64,000 nucleotides of DNA from Rickettsiales bacterium (GTDB taxonomy: Bacteria; Pseudomonadota; Alphaproteobacteria; Rickettsiales; UBA3002): the NCBI GenBank assembly GCA_965247335.1, contig CBDFGU010000009.1, positions 1,328,504 through 1,392,503 of the forward strand. Direction: 5' to 3'. How positions within the stretch are numbered: the first letter of the stretch is position 1; each line of letters starts with the position of its first letter. The translations under genes were made by a program, and so were the position numbers. This document shows positions 63,708 to 64,000 of the stretch, piece by piece. Below the pieces are notes generated by a model. That model ran no database searches. It worked only from the letters and a program-made list of their open reading frames with translations, and had not been told where the DNA came from.

Positions 63708-64000
63708 ACACCTTATCCCTGAGCATTGCCTACCTGCGCCACAAGCTGCTGGGCACCTTCCTAAGCTTGCTGACGTTTGCCTCGGGCATTGCGGTCATTG
63801 TGGCGCTGCTGCTGGTCAATGCACAGCTGAACAACGAGTTCACGAAGAACCTGCACGGCATCGATCTCGTGGTCGGCGGCAAGGGCAGCCCGCTGCAGCT
63901 GATCCTTTCAAGCGTGTTCCATCTCGATATACCTACCGGAAATATCCCGCTTGAGGAAGCGCAGAAGCTGGAACAGCATCCGTTGGTGAAAAGTGTGATT
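63704..64000 (+). CDS. FtsX-like ABC transporter permease (MacB/LolCE type); 3' end outside the window
   Basis: My own translation from ATG 63704 (ATGA overlap with the ATPase stop): MNTLSLSIAYLRHKLLGTFLSLLTFASGIAVIVALLLVNAQLNNEFTKNLHGIDLVVGGKGSPLQLILSSVFHLDIPTGNIPLEEAQKLEQHPLVKSVI. That is TM1 followed by a periplasmic MacB-like domain. Open to the window end. Confidence 0.8.
   Translation, partial: MNTLSLSIAYLRHKLLGTFLSLLTFASGIAVIVALLLVNAQLNNEFTKNLHGIDLVVGGKGSPLQLILSSVFHLDIPTGNIPLEEAQKLEQHPLVKSVI

Noticed and set aside
1-64000. Search by eye for CRISPR arrays, tRNA/rRNA genes, IS elements, prophage genes, toxin-antitoxin pairs or known defence genes
   Set aside because: Intergenic regions are all under 400 bp and show no spaced direct repeats or cloverleaf-like sequences. 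No ORF translation shows transposase, integrase, Cas, restriction or toxin motifs. This was not an exhaustive computational scan.

Overview
Gene-dense 64-kb chromosomal window from a Gram-negative, probably proteobacterial genome (mid-50s % GC by eye). About 55 coding genes lie on both strands. I recognised no rRNA, tRNA, CRISPR array, transposase, integrase or phage gene. All domain calls come from reading motifs in the supplied translations; no homology search was possible.

Contents in order:
1. 3' part of an EmrB-type MFS pump plus a NodT outer-membrane factor.
2. An uncharacterised amidoligase/peptidase module: large transglutaminase/DUF2126 protein, Ntn-amidotransferase-like::transglutaminase fusion, circularly permuted ATP-grasp, alpha-E.
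3. An 11-gene CDP-hexose modification and glycosyltransferase locus: rfbF, rfbG, RmlC-like epimerase, DegT aminotransferase, hexapeptide acetyltransferase, WbqC, three methyltransferases, a PhyH dioxygenase, GT2.
4. A flavoprotein, then a cold-shock pair (cspA plus a DEAD-box helicase).
5. An ECF sigma factor with a vWA-domain anti-sigma-like partner.
6. A secreted PIG-L deacetylase convergent with a processive membrane GT2.
7. dctA, a small beta-barrel OMP and a DHA2 MFS pump.
8. mdtABC plus an outer-membrane factor.
9. An operon of HAD-IB phosphatase, class-III aminotransferase, alpha/beta hydrolase with Cys in the nucleophile elbow, and an unlisted 29-aa entericidin-like lipoprotein.
10. 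A large phosphorelay: hybrid kinase with 3 PAS, 3 REC and Hpt, then a stand-alone Hpt, an OmpR-type regulator and a kinase.
11. Two small secreted proteins, then TetR, DUF1800 and DUF1501.
12. A kinase/receiver/kinase/receiver block.
13. A Zur-like repressor with two Zur-box-like palindromes, facing a His-rich protein and followed by a MacB/FtsX-type ABC transporter whose ATPase gene carries two frameshifts.

Most worth following up: the ATP-grasp/alpha-E/transglutaminase module with its Cys-to-Ser Ntn domain, the CDP-linked branched amino-sugar locus, the Zur / His-rich / broken ABC locus, and the Cys-hydrolase operon with the hidden micro-lipoprotein.
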